From the NCBI GenBank assembly GCA_002633005.1, contig NMRA01000090.1, positions 298,752-362,751 of the forward strand: DNA of 64,000 bases, read 5' to 3'. Position 1 is the stretch's first letter; each line of letters opens with the position of its first letter. This document shows positions 13,011 through 27,422 of this stretch, in pieces. A program made the position numbers and the translations under genes. The notes below the pieces were generated by a model, which saw only the letters and a list, made by a program, of their open reading frames with translations, did not search any database and was not told where the DNA came from. This stretch comes from Phoronis australis (lineage: Eukaryota; Animalia; Phoronida).

Positions 13011-13960
13011 CGTGCAAAACATTTCATAATAAAACAGTTGCTGTACTTCGACAAGACTTCAGGCATCCAGACAAGTAAATTCAAAATCATAAACGCTATC
13101 GTGTATGATACATGAAACAAGAACAATGAGTTTAAACATGAATACAAATACACAAAACGTACCGAGAGTGGCGTAGGTGAAGTAATATCACACGAGACAT
13201 TATTTCGCGTATCGACGGCAACCAATTCCATTCACGGCATATTGAAGATGAACGAGTTTTAAAACGGATCATTCATAATAATGTTAAGACCGCTAAACCA
13301 GAAGATAGCCTTTCGTTAATTATACATTACCAAAACCATAAAACTAAAGATCTTGTGATTAAAACAATATGTGCACTAAGTAATTCCGAATGTTGGCCAA
13401 AACTGACTTGATTTATCAGTTCAATGGCCCTCACAACGATTGTATTCGTTCAAACACTGATTGCTCAAGATATGTTGGCTATAACAATTGCACTTCATGC
13501 ATTTACAAAATGGATCCATTAAAGATCACTTTCAAACTCTCCACAAAAAGAAAATTTCCCGTTCAGATTTTGTTAACAGTATTATTGTCAGGTATTTCGA
13601 ACGTGACTCCTTTCGTTTGAAAATTATCGAAGCTTTAATAATAAAAACTGAAACTCCTGACATAAATTCCCAAGATACTGGGTTCCATCGTATCTTGTCG
13701 TTACAAAAATAATGTCCATATATTGTAATACCTGTGTATTTCATTAAAATTTGCAACATTTTATAGTACATTGATTTCCATGACAATTCCTTCTGAAATT
13801 GCGCTCTTATATATGCTACCTTATATTAGTGTTATTAAAAAATCATTGTTCTTGTTTCATGTATCATACACGATAGCGTTTATGAGTTTAAATTTATTTG
13901 CCTGGATGATTCAAGTCTAGTCGAAGTACTGCAACTGTTTTATTATGAAATGTTTTGTAC
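13011..13960 (+). mobile_element. 5'-truncated Penelope-like element: GIY-YIG remnant, 3' pLTR and an inverted upstream pLTR copy
   Basis: Frameshifted DERVLKRII.., LIYQF..C..YVGY, HLQNGSIKDH...RLKIIEALII..PDINSQ; 13011-13129 is the inverse of 13843-13960. Confidence 0.75.
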
Positions 13961-14114
13961 AGTGTTTTATTTTATATATACTCATGCGTTAGTGTTTGTG
14001 ATGCCACTCACACTCGGTGATCTACTATTTCAACTGCCATCTGACCAAAGCCATTTATGTAGACAATAACAAACTATATAAGGCCAAGAACAGCTTACTT
14101 TTAAATGAAGCACA

Positions 14115-14365
14115 CACATTATATACATTCATGTATATTCATACATACCTGAATATGCATACAAGCGTGTATATACGTACATTTGTTTTACATACATACA
14201 AGTTTATACAGACATACATGCATGTAAATGCACAAATATGTATACATGTATGTATGTTGATACATAAATGTGCATCCGAGCCCGTACCTGTATACACATG
14301 CATGTATATACATACTTTCGTGTATATACATGCATGCATAAACATACGCAGATACGTGTATATAC
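14115..14365. repeat. Degenerate (TACA/TATG)n microsatellite
   Basis: Repeated tacatac/atgtat units. Confidence 0.75.
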
Positions 14366-14508
14366 TTAGTGCTGTGGCTGACATCTGATCCAAAATACTT
14401 TGATTCATTCAAATAGGCTTTAACTTAAGACATTAATATTCGATATATGATTTCGCGAAGTCTGATTTTTCGACATCCCATGGGGATTAGCCTTTTCAAG
14501 ATAGTTAC

Positions 14509-17500
14509 CTGCAATGACATGTAATTTTGTTACTTCTCTCGCCGCTGGTCTGCTCGCACGTTCCGCCGTTCCGACAGGGATTGGGATCGCAGGACACCAT
14601 CACAGCTGATAACTCGCAATTCTTTCCTAAATACGGCTCTTTGCAAACACATAAGTACCCGTTCTCCATGAAACGTTTTTTATTCTTTTCCTGCGATGGT
14701 GTATTAGTTTCGTCAAAGCATATACCATCATTTTCACACGGTTTGGCTTCACACGTTAATCGTTCACAGAAATCTCCATGATAACCGACCTTGCAATGGC
14801 AGCCAAAGCCTCGAGAACTCGGATTTGAATTTTCCAGACATGTGCCTTTATTTTGACAGGGATTTGGCAAGCAAACGTTTGGAGGCTTTAAATCGCAGCG
14901 GACACCAGTGTAGCCTTCTTTACAAATGCACGAGAACCTTTTGTTAGTCGATGTGGCTGTCTCGTCTACACAGGTTGCCTCATTTGCACAGGGGAAGGAT
15001 TTACACGGGTCTACGTGTTGCATATCGTGTACGTGGATGGAGCTTTTTACAGGTGACTGGCAACGCGCGCCAGTGTACTGTGCATGACACATGCATTTGA
15101 ATGTGTTCGCGGTTTCTGTCTTTACGTCCACACACGTTGCGTTGTTTTGACAGGGGTAACACTTACACGTCTCGCACACAGCTCCCACCGTGCTTGCACC
15201 GTCTAGTTCTTCACATTTTACTCCAGAAAACCCTTGTAGACAAATGCAAATGAATGTGTTCGAGGTGTCATCACTCAAACATGTTGCACCGTTTTGACAC
15301 GGTTGAGAGTTGCAGACATGTGTCGTTTCTTCGGCTTCGCAACGCCGTCCGGAGAACCCTTTTTTACACGTACACGTGTATGTGGCTGTGCTCAAAACGC
15401 TGTTGCATGTGCCGCCGTTACTACACGGATTTGATTCACAAGCGCCAGTGACCACATTCTTAGATGGAATGTCACATAAGTCGCCAAAGTAACCTTCCTT
15501 ACAAACACAAGTATATGTCTTGTGTGGGGTGGTAAGGTCATCCACGCATGTCCCTTCGTTTTTGCAAGGATTTAGTCTGCATGAGCCCCGCTTGCTAATC
15601 CCCCCTCCCATCTGGTCACATGTTTTTCCTGAATAACCTTGTGAGCACAAACATATGAATGTTCCAGCTATCTTGTTCTCAGCACAAGTCCCTTTGTTTT
15701 TGCATGGATTCTCTACGCATGATCCCTTAAGACCTCCTCTAGTGCTCAAGTGGCATTTCTCACCAAGAAAGCCCTCCGTACAAATGCACATGTAGGCTTC
15801 TCCGGATTTCGCTTCAACACATGTACCTTTGTTTTTGCAGGGATCTTGCTGACATGATCCGGACATGAAACTGCTGCTGGTCTCGCATCTTTCTCCTGTG
15901 TATCCTGCTTGACAAACACAAGCTGAGAAACCTGACTTTCCATCTGCAATACATATTCCATGACTTCCACAGTGAAGACCATAACAAGCGATTGAAGTCG
16001 ATGTGGCCTTCTTTTCACATCGCTCCCCAGTAAAACCAGGTCGACATGTACAAATGAATGTGTTCGTGTCTTGCTTGTTTTCACACTTTCCCTGGTTGTA
16101 ACAGGAATTTTCACGACACGAACCTTGCACCTCTCTTTGTTGACACAAATCACCAGAGAAACCGTTTTTGCACGTGCAACTGAAAGACCTAGATTGCGAC
16201 CCCCTCTCCGCTTCTGGTCTCGGCAGCATGGTACAAGCTCCTTCATTTTGACAAGGGTTGAATTCACACTGTCCAGTCTTTATTGGCGATTCACAAATAA
16301 TGCCTGTAAAGTTCACGCCGCAGATACACACGAATGTTTTTTTATTATCTTCTTCTTTGCAGGTTCCATTATTTAAACACGGGTTTTCTGCACATGTTCT
16401 TGTGTGTGTTTGAACTGCTGTTTCGCACTGATCACCCGAAAACCCATCCTTGCAAATGCAGTGAAATTTGTTCTCGTTTTCCTTGCATTCGCCTTCATTT
16501 TTACACGGATTATTTTTGCAAGATTTTGCCTTTTCTTTTACTTGACAGTTATCACCGCTGAAGCCATTAACGCATTGGCATTGATACTGGGGCGACATGT
16601 CAGTGGATTTCTCAATACACTGACCATTGTTTTTGCACGGATTTGAACCACATCCGTTTTGCAAGTTCTGCCCTCTGGCTACCTTGGTTTCACATTGATT
16701 ACCCGTGTGCCCTGCGGCACAAAGACAGCTAAACATGCCGTCCGATTTGTGCTCTACGCATGTTCCCTGGTTTTTGCAGGGATTAATTTTACATGATCCT
16801 GGTATTTTTCTGGTCTGACAGCGATTACCTGTATAACCATGCATGCAGGTACACGTGTATGATGTGGACGACGAAGTGGAAGGTGCAGCGCTGCATGAAC
16901 CATCGTGTAAACAGGGGTTTGGACTACACACGCCGGAATGTTGCTCATGCTTTATTCCTTCACGTTTTCCAGTGTCAGGCCTTTCCGTTTCCCGTTCTTC
17001 GTTTTGGCACTGATCTCCAGAGTACCGCTCCTTGCATATACAAACGAAGCTTTGCGACAGAAAGTCCTCTATGCATGTCGCTCCGTTTTTGCATGGTTTT
17101 TTCTCACATGATCCAGAAACTTGTTTTCTCTGACAACGATCGCCCGCAAAGCCATTCCTACATACACAAGAGTACAATGTTGTACCATGATGCACCGTTG
17201 GACCTACAATACACTCGCCACCATTTTCACAAGGACTTGACTGACACGCTGTTGTCGGCTTTGGCGTTTTATTTTTTTCACAGCGGTCACCAACAAACCC
17301 AGACTGACAAGTGCACTGAAAACTTCTAGTTGACTTTACTGTGTCACATGTCCCACGATTTAAACACGGGTTTGGCTTACACGCGTCGTTAATGACGGCT
17401 GACGTATTTTTAACAGACACACCTTCACAATTTTTGCCCATGAAGCCGGCAAGACACACACATGTGTATCCGTTGTCATGGTCTATGCAGGTCCCCTGAT

Positions 17501-20500
17501 GTTCACAAGGACTAGAACTGCATTCGTTTATTTGATAGGCACAGTATGTGCCAGTAAACCCATCTGGACAAATGCATATCGGCTTGCTTTGTCCAGGCTC
17601 TACCTGGCACCTGCCTTTGTTTTTGCACTTGATGTCACTGCATGTTGGAACAGTTACTTCGCAATTAATCCCTCCATATTTCTCTACACACAAACATTTA
17701 CCGTGGCTGCAAGTTCCTCCATTCTTACAATCCATGTCTTCGTAACAGCGTTTCGCCTCATTTTCTGAAACCTCACAAAGTTCACCAATGTATCCCTGAA
17801 TACACGTACACGTTGGTTTACTACCAACTACAATACAGGTTCCCCCGTTCTGGCAGTTAATGGACGAACAGTGGTCAATTTTTGTGTCGCACAGTTTTCC
17901 TGTGTAGTTTGCAAAACATAAACAGTGAAATTTTTTGTGTTCGCTCTCAACACACACACCATTGTTCAGACAAGGAGTGGTCGCACATTTGCTCTCTTTT
18001 ACGTCGCAGAGAACTCCGGTAAAAGAGCTGTTACATTTACAGTGGAATCCACTTTTCTCTCTCATACACGTTCCTGCATAACAGGGATTAGTTGCACAGG
18101 GGTTAGTGGCTGTCTCCTCATCCTCGCAATTTTTCCCTGAATATGATGGCTTGCATGCACAAGAATATTCATTTCCATTCGTCTTACACTCCCCGTTGTT
18201 CTGGCATGGATCTGAATCACAGACATTTATCATGATTTTAAGAGAATTTTGGTTTTCCTTGCTGCGTCTTGGAGTGCTTGCTTTGATGACAGCTTTATCA
18301 TTGGTGACGTGGTTGGAAATTTTCTCGTTTCTTTCACACATTTCACCTTCAAATCCAGTTTGGCATATACAGAGAAATCCCTGTTTATCATGCACACACT
18401 GTCCTTTATTTTTACAAGGTTCACTGCTACATGAACTGATCTCAATTTCACAGTACTTCCCTCCATATCCATCTTTACACCTGCAGATGAATTCTGCTCC
18501 CATGTCGACACACGTGGCGCCGTTGAAGCACGGATTTACAATGCACACACTACTAACTTCGCTACAGTGTCGACCAACAAATCCAGTAGCGCATTCGCAC
18601 ACGAACGTGTCACCTTTGCCAACACAAGTTGCACCGTTTCTACATGGATTGGGCACACATATATCTGGTTGCTGGTCTTCACATCGAGCGCCTCTGAACC
18701 CTTTGGGACATTTGCAAGAAGCACCGGTTGGTGTATCAATACATTCGCCTTGATTCATGCATGTAATTTTGCTACACATCACTATTGGTTGATTGCAAAC
18801 AGCGCCAATGAAACCTTTCATACATCTACACTGAAAGTGGTTTACCTTGTCAACGCAAAATCCGCCATTCTTGCAGGGCGCGCTTTCACATTCATTTATT
18901 TCGACCTCGCAAAGCTCCCCCTTGTAGCCAAGCAAACAAACACATTGAAATGCGTTGACTTTATCGACACACTTTTCGTTGTTACGACAGGGGTCACTTG
19001 CACATTCGTTAATCTCTTTCTCGCAGTAAATCCCGCCATACCCTCCAAGACACTCACAAGAAAACCTGTTGATTCTATCTTTGCACTGTCCATGGTTACG
19101 ACATGGGGCGCTTTCGCATTCATTTATTTCTGTTTCGCAAACAGTGCCGCGATAACCGTCTTTACAATGGCAAACGAAAAAATTAACTCCGTCGATGCAG
19201 TTGCCGGCATTTTTGCATGGGGCACTTTGACACTCGTTAATTTCAACTTCACAAAAGTGTCCCGTAAAACCAACAGTGCAGATACATGAAAAGTCGTTGC
19301 GTGCATCGATGCATTTCCCGTCATTTTTACAAGGTGCACTTTCACACTCGTCAATTTCGTATTCACACAAAGTCCCCATGTAGCCATAATGACAGTCACA
19401 CGAAAACTCATTCATCTTGTCAATGCAATCACCGTTGTTTTGGCAAGGGGCGCTGTCGCATTCGTTTATGTCTACTTCACAGTTATCTCCTGTGTAACCC
19501 GCAAGACAGGAGCACGTGTAAGAGTTTAAATGGTCCAAACAAGAACCATGATTTTGACAAGGTGCACTTTCACATTCGTTAATGTCACTTTCACAATAGT
19601 CACCTTTGTAGCCGCCCACGCACTGGCAAGTTATTTTTTTTGACTTTTCAACACACTTCCCGTTGTTTTTACACGGATTGCTTTGACAGAGCCCTTCTTC
19701 TCCGTGACAATCTGCTCCTGAAAATCCTCGGAGACATTTACACTCAAAGCCATTGATTTTGTCCACACAGTAGCCGTTGTTACTGCACGGGTGACTATCA
19801 CACTCGTTAATGTTGTTCTCACACAGAGTTCCGTCATATCCTTGTGCACATTTGCACACAAACTCGTTTACTCGATCTTCACAAACTCCGTGATTGTGAC
19901 AAGGCAGACTCTCGCATTCATTTATATTAGTTTCGCATACTTTACCCGTGAACCCTGGGTGACATTGACATATAAACGCGTCTATGTCGTCCACACAAAT
20001 TCCGTTCTTTGAGCATGGATTACTTTCGCACTCATTGGTCTCCATCTGACAAAACTCACCTGTATAGCCAGGGTTGCATTCGCAAGAGAACTCGTTAACT
20101 TTATTGCGACATTTGCCATTGTTATGACACGGAGCGCTTTCGCACTCGTCTATATCCAACGCACAACTTTCGCCTTTAAATCCAGGTAAACAGTGGCACT
20201 GGAAACCGTTGATCATGTCGATACATTCCCCGCTATTGCTGCAAGGAGCACTGGCGCATTCGTTAATATCCGTTTCACAAATTACCCCTGTATAGCCTGG
20301 GGGGCAATAACATATGAACTCGCCGACTTTGTTAACACATTCGGCACCATGTCGACAAGGAGCACTCTCGCATTCGTTTATGTCTAGTTCACACAGGTAT
20401 CCCTTGAATCCTGGTAAACAATTGCATGTAAACCCATTCGCTTTGTCCAGACACTCCCCATTGTGTTTACAAGGGACACTGTCACACTCGTTAATTTCGT

Positions 20501-21910
20501 TTTCACACAAAACTCCAATAAACCCCTTTGTGCACTGGCAATCGTAACCGTCAATTTTGTCGATGCACTTTGCATTATTTTGACACGGTGCACTTTCACA
20601 TTCATTTATGTCAATTTCACATTGTGGTCCGGCGAACCCTTCTGGGCATTCACACGAGTAGGCATTATTCTTGTCAATGCATTCACCGTTATTTTGACAA
20701 GGGACACTTTCACATTCATTAATATTGTTTTGACACATTAGTCCTTCAAAACCAGCGTCGCATTGACAGACAAACATTCCAATATCATCAATGCACTTAC
20801 CATGATTTTTACATGGAGCACTTTCACATTCATTGATATCGTTTTCACAGTTAAACCCTTTAAAACCCTCAGCACATTCACATTTGTACTCGTCGATATC
20901 ATCAACGCACTCACCATATTGACCACAAGGACTACTTTCACATTCATTGATATCCGTTTGGCATATCGTGCCAGAAAATCCAGCTGGGCACGCACATTCG
21001 TACTCGCCCACGTGGTCGACACACAGTGCATTATTTTGGCAAGGGGCACTTAAACATTCGTCAATGTCGGTCTCACATTCCAGACCCGTAAACCCTTTCT
21101 TGCACAAACACTGGAAGCCAATAGTCGACGAGACACACACGCCCCCGTTTTGACACTGAACGTGTAGGCAATAGTCAACTGCTTTTTCACAATGTTGGCC
21201 AACATATCCCAATGTGCATTGACACACTACTCCCACTATTTCTGGTATACACGATCCTCCGTTTGAACATTTGAAGGTATCACATGATATGGTAATGTCA
21301 GCCTGACTCCCTGCTTGACTTCTCTCCCGCTCAGCAACGTCCTGCTTGTCACGTCCATTCTGACTGTGCATTCGTTGTGTGCCCTCTTGATTTGGTCGCT
21401 CTTCATTTTTCTGTCTGTCCAAAGCCCTTTGTAAAGCTGCTTGTTCCCGTCTTTCGTCGTTGGATTTTTCTTCCGATGCCCTTTGCAACGCAATTCTCCG
21501 CCTTAAATCCATCTCTTCTTTGTCCCGTTTAAGTTTTTCAAGAATTCTTTTGTCGGCCTCCGTTAGCTGTTGCGAATTGTGTTTACTGTGTGCCCCCACT
21601 TGCTGTTCGCTCCGGCCAAAAGGAGTTTGTGACGTCCCCTCGTTATGCGAATTATTCGTTGAAACGTCGTCGGTGGGGATTTCATGATCAGGTCTATTAG
21701 GTATGGCATTTGTCTGGGAATCAGATGTCTGCTTTAGACTTTGTTGACTGTTTGCTCGCTCTAACGCTAGTCTTAACGCTTTCTTCTCAGCTTCCAGTGT
21801 GGCTTTTTCAACAGCAGCTTGTCTTGCGGCGTTCTCCACTGCTTGCTCTTCGTAGAAAGCGGCTTTGAGTGCATCGACACTCACACACATACCTTTATCT
21901 TCTTTAAAAC
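14509..21910 (-). CDS. EGF-repeat membrane protein, giant 7402-bp exon (coiled coil plus ~53 complete EGF repeats)
   Basis: Uninterrupted 2489-aa ORF; acceptor ttgcag|GT completes the EGF begun in the 27685 exon (CACLQ-G-FKEDKGMC); donor TGC AG|gtaac; many calcium-binding DINEC..C..C.D repeats. Confidence 0.95.
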
Positions 21911-22589
21911 CTGCAATTAAATTAAGATCGCCCACGAGGTTATATAGCCTTGTGAATTTCATGTTAGAAAACATAATTACGAGTCAATTATAGGTTAGGC
22001 CTGTTTTGTATTAAAATATAATGAAGTGAGTACACATAGGTCAGCAGGTAGTGAAGGGGGTCCGGACCCCCCTTTTTCCTTGATTTTAGTGATATCAAAT
22101 CTAGAATTTTCAAATTGTAGCCTTTGACCCCCTTTTTAAAAATCCTTGATCCGACCCTCCCATGTTTTGAAAATCCTGGATCCACCCCTGGCTAGTATGC
22201 CAATGGTCAAAATATGGGCAAACAATTAAATGGTGTGTTAGTGAACTGTTATGTAATCGCACTTTAAATTCACGTTTCATTTTGCCAGAGGATGTAGGCC
22301 CATGATGTAGTCCTAAAGTTACTTTGTAACATCGTCTTTAAAATGTTTCCAGCTTCGCTCATTCCTCGTAGACCATTCGTAAAGGGCTTACTTATGGCGG
22401 CATAGAGCGCGAAAACTCGTAAAAAATAAGCTTGTCTTCCGCTGATGTAAGGATTTTGCGAGTAAAGCTAGTTAAGTGTAAGCACGTGATAGTCTATTAT
22501 CATGAACTTGCCTTGGTTGGCTCAATTGCAAGATACCACTTAGCTGCTAATTGCTCAGGAGCGTAGGAAGCGGGGGAGTCGAGGGGGTA

Positions 22590-23191
22590 TGATGGGCCGT
22601 TGGGGGGAAAGTGTTTCCGGAAAAATACGAGCGTAATTGTGTACATTACGCAGTTATTTACGTCGTTAATTACCCCGTAAAATTACGAGCGTAATTTAAT
22701 TATTTACGGCGTAAAATTACGCTCGTGATTTAGTTTAAACTCTTACCCAATGACGTTGGGTTTTGCAATCCACGATCGCGCGCGCTCATAAAAATACTTA
22801 TTTACTGACGGATTTCATGTCTACGATACGAGCGCTGAATCATGGCGGATCAAAGTGCTGCTGCCATGTCAGCGATTGTGCACGAACGAGTTGCCCAGCA
22901 ACAGTCGGGAATGTTAGGTCATCACTGATTGGCTTAAATTTGGAACGTTCTTAAGATATTTTACGAGCGTAATTTACGGCGACATTTCCCCCATTTAATT
23001 TACGGGCGTAATTTTACTGCAACACTTTTGCAATTTAACTTACGCTCGTAATTAAGAGCGTAATTTTACGGCGAAACTTTTACCCAATTTATTTACGAGC
23101 GTAATTGTACGGTGACACTCCTGCAATTTAATTTACGCTCGTAATTACGAGTGTAATTTTACGGCGACACTTTCCCCTCAACGGCCCACCA
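22590..23191. mobile_element. MITE with ~25-bp TIRs, TA TSD and repeated palindromic motifs
   Basis: TA|TGATGGGCCGTTGGGGGGAAAGTGT ... ACACTTTCCCCTCAACGGCCCACCA|TA; many TTACGAGCGTAATT / AATTACGCTCGTAA copies. Confidence 0.8.
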
Positions 23192-25356
23192 TAAGGGGGG
23201 CGGGGGTCTGACGTGTCGCCCCTCTCCCCAAATAATTTGCTGGCTTCAGTGTTCAACCGTAGATACCGGCATAGGCGTGGGTTTGCGGGCAGTAGAGACA
23301 AAAATGGCAGCGAGAGAGAAAATTCAAGAGGACTTTTGTATACTACCAGTCCTTGACATAACTTTGAGGGATCTGGGCAGGATATTGGTGGGTTAAGGGC
23401 TCTATTTTTGCAACATAGATCGCTTAAACGCTCTTGAAAATAAAATGTGCAATTATCCATACATGTATTTCGAAAAGGGCGGGAAAATGTGTAGAATTAT
23501 ATTTCTCCAGAGCCCTTTCTGGAAAGGGATAGTAGTCCTCTTTCGCTCTCTTTTTTCGTTTTTATTGAAACTGTGTATCACTTGATAAAACCTGACAGAT
23601 AGCATCAATTGCTGCTCATTTTGTATTTTTGGAAAATACAGATCGTTTCTTATTCATACGCTTCCAGACATCATTATTGTCGGTATTTTCATGCTTTTTA
23701 TATTGACAACTTCCTAAGGGGCCGCTCACGGAGAGAGGACCAAATGATGAAATCGATTGACTTTATTTTCCTCTTTATGTAGAATCTTCACTTCTTAGAA
23801 TGTCACACTATGATAGAATTAACTGTCACTCTTTTCCATTTTAATAATATTTAATCCTTTCTTTTAAGGGTTCCATTTTCAGAGTGGCGTCTCGGGATAT
23901 TTACCCCACTGCCCGTGCCCAACTGTTCGTCTATAAATCCGGCACTGTCAAATTTTCACGAGGGGAAGAAGATAAGATTCCATGATTACAAATTTATCGA
24001 AAAAACACAACGTCAACTCGTGCAAATCACAGCAGTATGAAGACCGGTCCAAACAAACCGAAAGTGATTGTATTGAAAGTACAATTGGGCAGACTGCCAT
24101 CAAAAGGATGGAAGTTTGAAGAACTTAAAGACGACCATTTGTGAAACACAGAAAAAGAATATTTCCGACGGTTTTATAAATGTAAAATGTCAATACTTTT
24201 ATCCCATGGTGTCATAAGAATTGTAGTTATTTTAAAGATCGTTACTCGAAGAGCGTTTTTATGACCGTGTTCAGAGCACATGCCTAATGGGGGTTAGATA
24301 CTCAAAGTATTACACATGCACTGGACATCAAAATGATTTCAGTGATTTTCAGAATTCAAGTTTAAAACCATGAGCCGTAATAGCAACGTGTGGAATAAAC
24401 CAAAACACACCTTAGCAAGAAGAAATCTGGAACACTTCTGCGGGGGACCCGCATACACCGTTTTCCATGTTTCCGCTATTGGCCGTCAAGAATTTGTGAG
24501 AACCCTTCAGGGATTGTTAGTAGTGTTCCGTTTTGATAAGTAACGAATTCATTGGTTTCTGATTTAAATATTGATGTATCGACCAAAATCGACTGATCGT
24601 AGATGATTTTTGACAATTGGAAGCTAATCTTATAAGGGAGCGTTCACTCGAGAGGAGTTTGGAAAAGATGACGATTTGTGACGGGGGATGGGTTTAGACT
24701 CATGGTGACGTCATTATGTGGTTCACTAGAATATCTCGATCACAGTACATATCGTTGAGAAACTGGTTCACCTTCTGGTAGAATTTATTAAAACCGGAAC
24801 CTGCCGATTCAGGATATTTCACGAAGCTTACCTGACAATCATGTACACAGACAAACCACAACCCCACTCCATCTCTGCTTATCACTGACAATCATCACGG
24901 TGACGAAGCGCATGATTAGGACGTCTAGCGACAGGCGTGGTCATGTTTTTTTTTGGAGATGGGATTTACATTGTGAGCTTGTTACGCATATATGCTGTGT
25001 TGCGGCGAACTATTTATACCACATACTGAACGATAAACAGTGCAATGAATCGATAACACTTTCTCAACTGGCTTCAGCTTTGAAACTACCGTCTATGTCG
25101 GAGACCAGGGGTCGGAGATCGTGACATTTTAAGAAATGACTAGTCATTGTTGTTAAAATGATGTTTTTACTCAAAATCAATTGAAAATTTAAAAAAATAG
25201 AAATAAAATGAATCTATAAAATAAGTTTTAAGCAAATAGGCTAGCTTACTACACATCTTATCATGCTAAAATTCTACCGTGAAAATATCGTCTGCTAAAG
25301 TCGGTTACGTCTGGTTACTGAACATAATGTCCAATTCAAAGATTCCAGACATGTTA

Positions 25357-25481
25357 CATGAGTAGGGGGCTATATTCCCCAGCCCCCTATGGTGCGCCGC
25401 CCATGTGACTATGGGCAGCGCACCACTGAAATAAATGGGGTACTATAGCCCTCCCCAGTCTCTACGGTGCGCCGCCCACTG
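25357..25481. repeat. Tandem pair of ~65-bp GC-rich mini-MITEs
   Basis: ATGGGCRGCGCACCA ... TGGTGCGCCGCCCATG termini; same family at 39025-39170. Confidence 0.6.
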
Positions 25482-25871
25482 GAGATCGATGATTTTCTTT
25501 ACAAAAATGCCTTACATTTAGATTTGTCAAAAAAACAAACTAAAAGACTAATCGATGATTTACAAGCGAGAGAAAATTACAGGTACGGTGAAAAATGAAT
25601 GAAAGACGTCGTTTTTATTGAAATTGCACGTCCTATTTTCCACAACGTAATACATGTCAGCGAAATGTGCTTTGTTGAACATGCGGTTATAGCGCGTCCT
25701 CAGTTAACTATTCAGTTTTCATGAAAGATAACGTCAGCAGCTCAGACGGCTACTCGCTGATCCCTTCGTATCCACTAGGGGGTAGAGTACATGCAGGTAT
25801 AATTCAGCAGAAAACGTTTTATCACTGATTGATGAAACCTCGACAGTCATTGGTTAGGCTTACAAGAATGG

Positions 25872-26233
25872 AAAGAAAAATGGCGGACTGCCAAACCAGT
25901 TTTCTCTCTACTGCAAATATTTCGTTTCTGCAGTAATGCTTAGTAGCCGCGTGGCCGATATAACCGGTGTGTTATTCATACTGTGTGAATACAGGGCAGC
26001 AACGTAAACAAATGTCAGCGACAGAAGACAAATCCACGCCGAAAAGGCAGCACCACTACTTTTCGATTCACATTTCTTGAATATCTTAATTAAGTTCCGA
26101 TTCGTCTGTACAACAAATCACAAACTATATCCACACTGATTTACACTTCCTTCATCAGCCATGCCAGTTTGTTTACGTAAAGCGTTCATCTGTTGACAAT
26201 TCGACTAGCCAATCAGGAACGCCGGTGTAAAAA
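25872..26233. repeat. Dispersed repeat, copy 2 (related to 9866-10262)
   Basis: Colinear similarity to 9866-10262. Confidence 0.7.
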
Positions 26234-27422
26234 ATGCAGAAGAAATTTAAATAATACCTGCGTGTACTCTGCCCCTAGCAGACACGCAGGGAACCAGCGA
26301 GAGGCGGCTGTCGTTACACGAAGCTTGAGTGAAGCGTGTTCCAGCCAAAATGTTAATCAACACGCGTTGATTAACAAATGGGTTAATCACCGGTTGTAAT
26401 GGCCATGTTAAGCTGATTATGGGGTATTAATCAAATTTTAAACTCATTGCTCGTCATCTTCGGAAAATTAATTGTCTTTGATTTTTTTAATTCCTAGTCA
26501 TATTGCGTTACAAATTTTTGTTTCCCCAAAACTGAGTCCTTTGTTCGTAATTTCCATGCATACAGAGCACGTGATGGTATACGCTCCCACTTCCAAAACA
26601 ATGTTAACATCCAGTAGGCCCTGTCTCATAATGGGAACCTCGGGACTGTGACTGCATTTGACTTCCGGCGTTGTGCTTACGCATGGGTACATTTCGGACA
26701 CCCCGTAGGCAACTCGAGTTTTAGCAAGGGATTTGGAAACAGACAGTGTACATGGGACCCCGCAATCTCACTCTTTCAAAATTTGACTTCAAAGCATTAT
26801 CCAATAAAATAAGCTTTCTTCAAACTGTGCCACAACAAAATTAATTTTGTTCTTAGAGCCAGCTTCCCGTCTCGAGTGAATCATAGCTGTGCTGTCCTAG
26901 TTCACCCAATTCCTGTTTCCACACCTTCAATTTAGAAGCGAGGGCTCTCAGCTTACAGCAATAGTTCACTTGAGGAAGAAATCCCAGCTTCCAGCAATCC
27001 GTCTACGCTAGCCCTATACGACCTCATTCTCGATCTCCGTGAAATTTTGTTGAAATATGGGTACGCAATTAAGTTCTGGTGGCTGTCTATTTGGAGTTAG
27101 CCCCAACAAAAGTTTGGCGAAGTAGGTTTGGTTTTTGAAACATAAATACTGCTAGTTGCCGGTCTGTCTCTTTGAATACCTTTGAGGATTGCAACATTTT
27201 TGAATTGATAGTATATGGTCTCGCTGAACACCAAAGGCATCCATGAACGTTCGCACGCACAAGCTGGTGATAACCAACTTTGGCCGGTAAGCACTCTGAA
27301 TTAAAACGCAGCTTACTGGCAAAGGCTAAACGTCTTTGGTTGTGAGAACAAGACGCCTTTTATTGACTTTCCAGTTCAAACTGTCTCACGTACTTTCGCA
27401 ACCTTCCGACATGCAAAGTGAT

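Noticed and set aside
14017-14412. His/Tyr/Met-rich ORFs
   Set aside because: Microsatellite translation
14527-21687. Many overlapping and antisense ORFs inside the giant exon
   Set aside because: Shadow frames of repetitive Cys-rich coding sequence
14505-21974. Calling the 2489-aa ORF Notch, Crumbs or fibropellin, or a single-exon gene starting at 21974
   Set aside because: The diagnostic non-EGF domains are absent, there is no signal peptide at this ATG, and both ends are splice sites that complete EGF modules with neighbouring exons
27097-27296. Extra exon of the EGF gene
   Set aside because: It would interrupt the EGF that is completed exactly by the 27685->21910 splice; no recognisable domain
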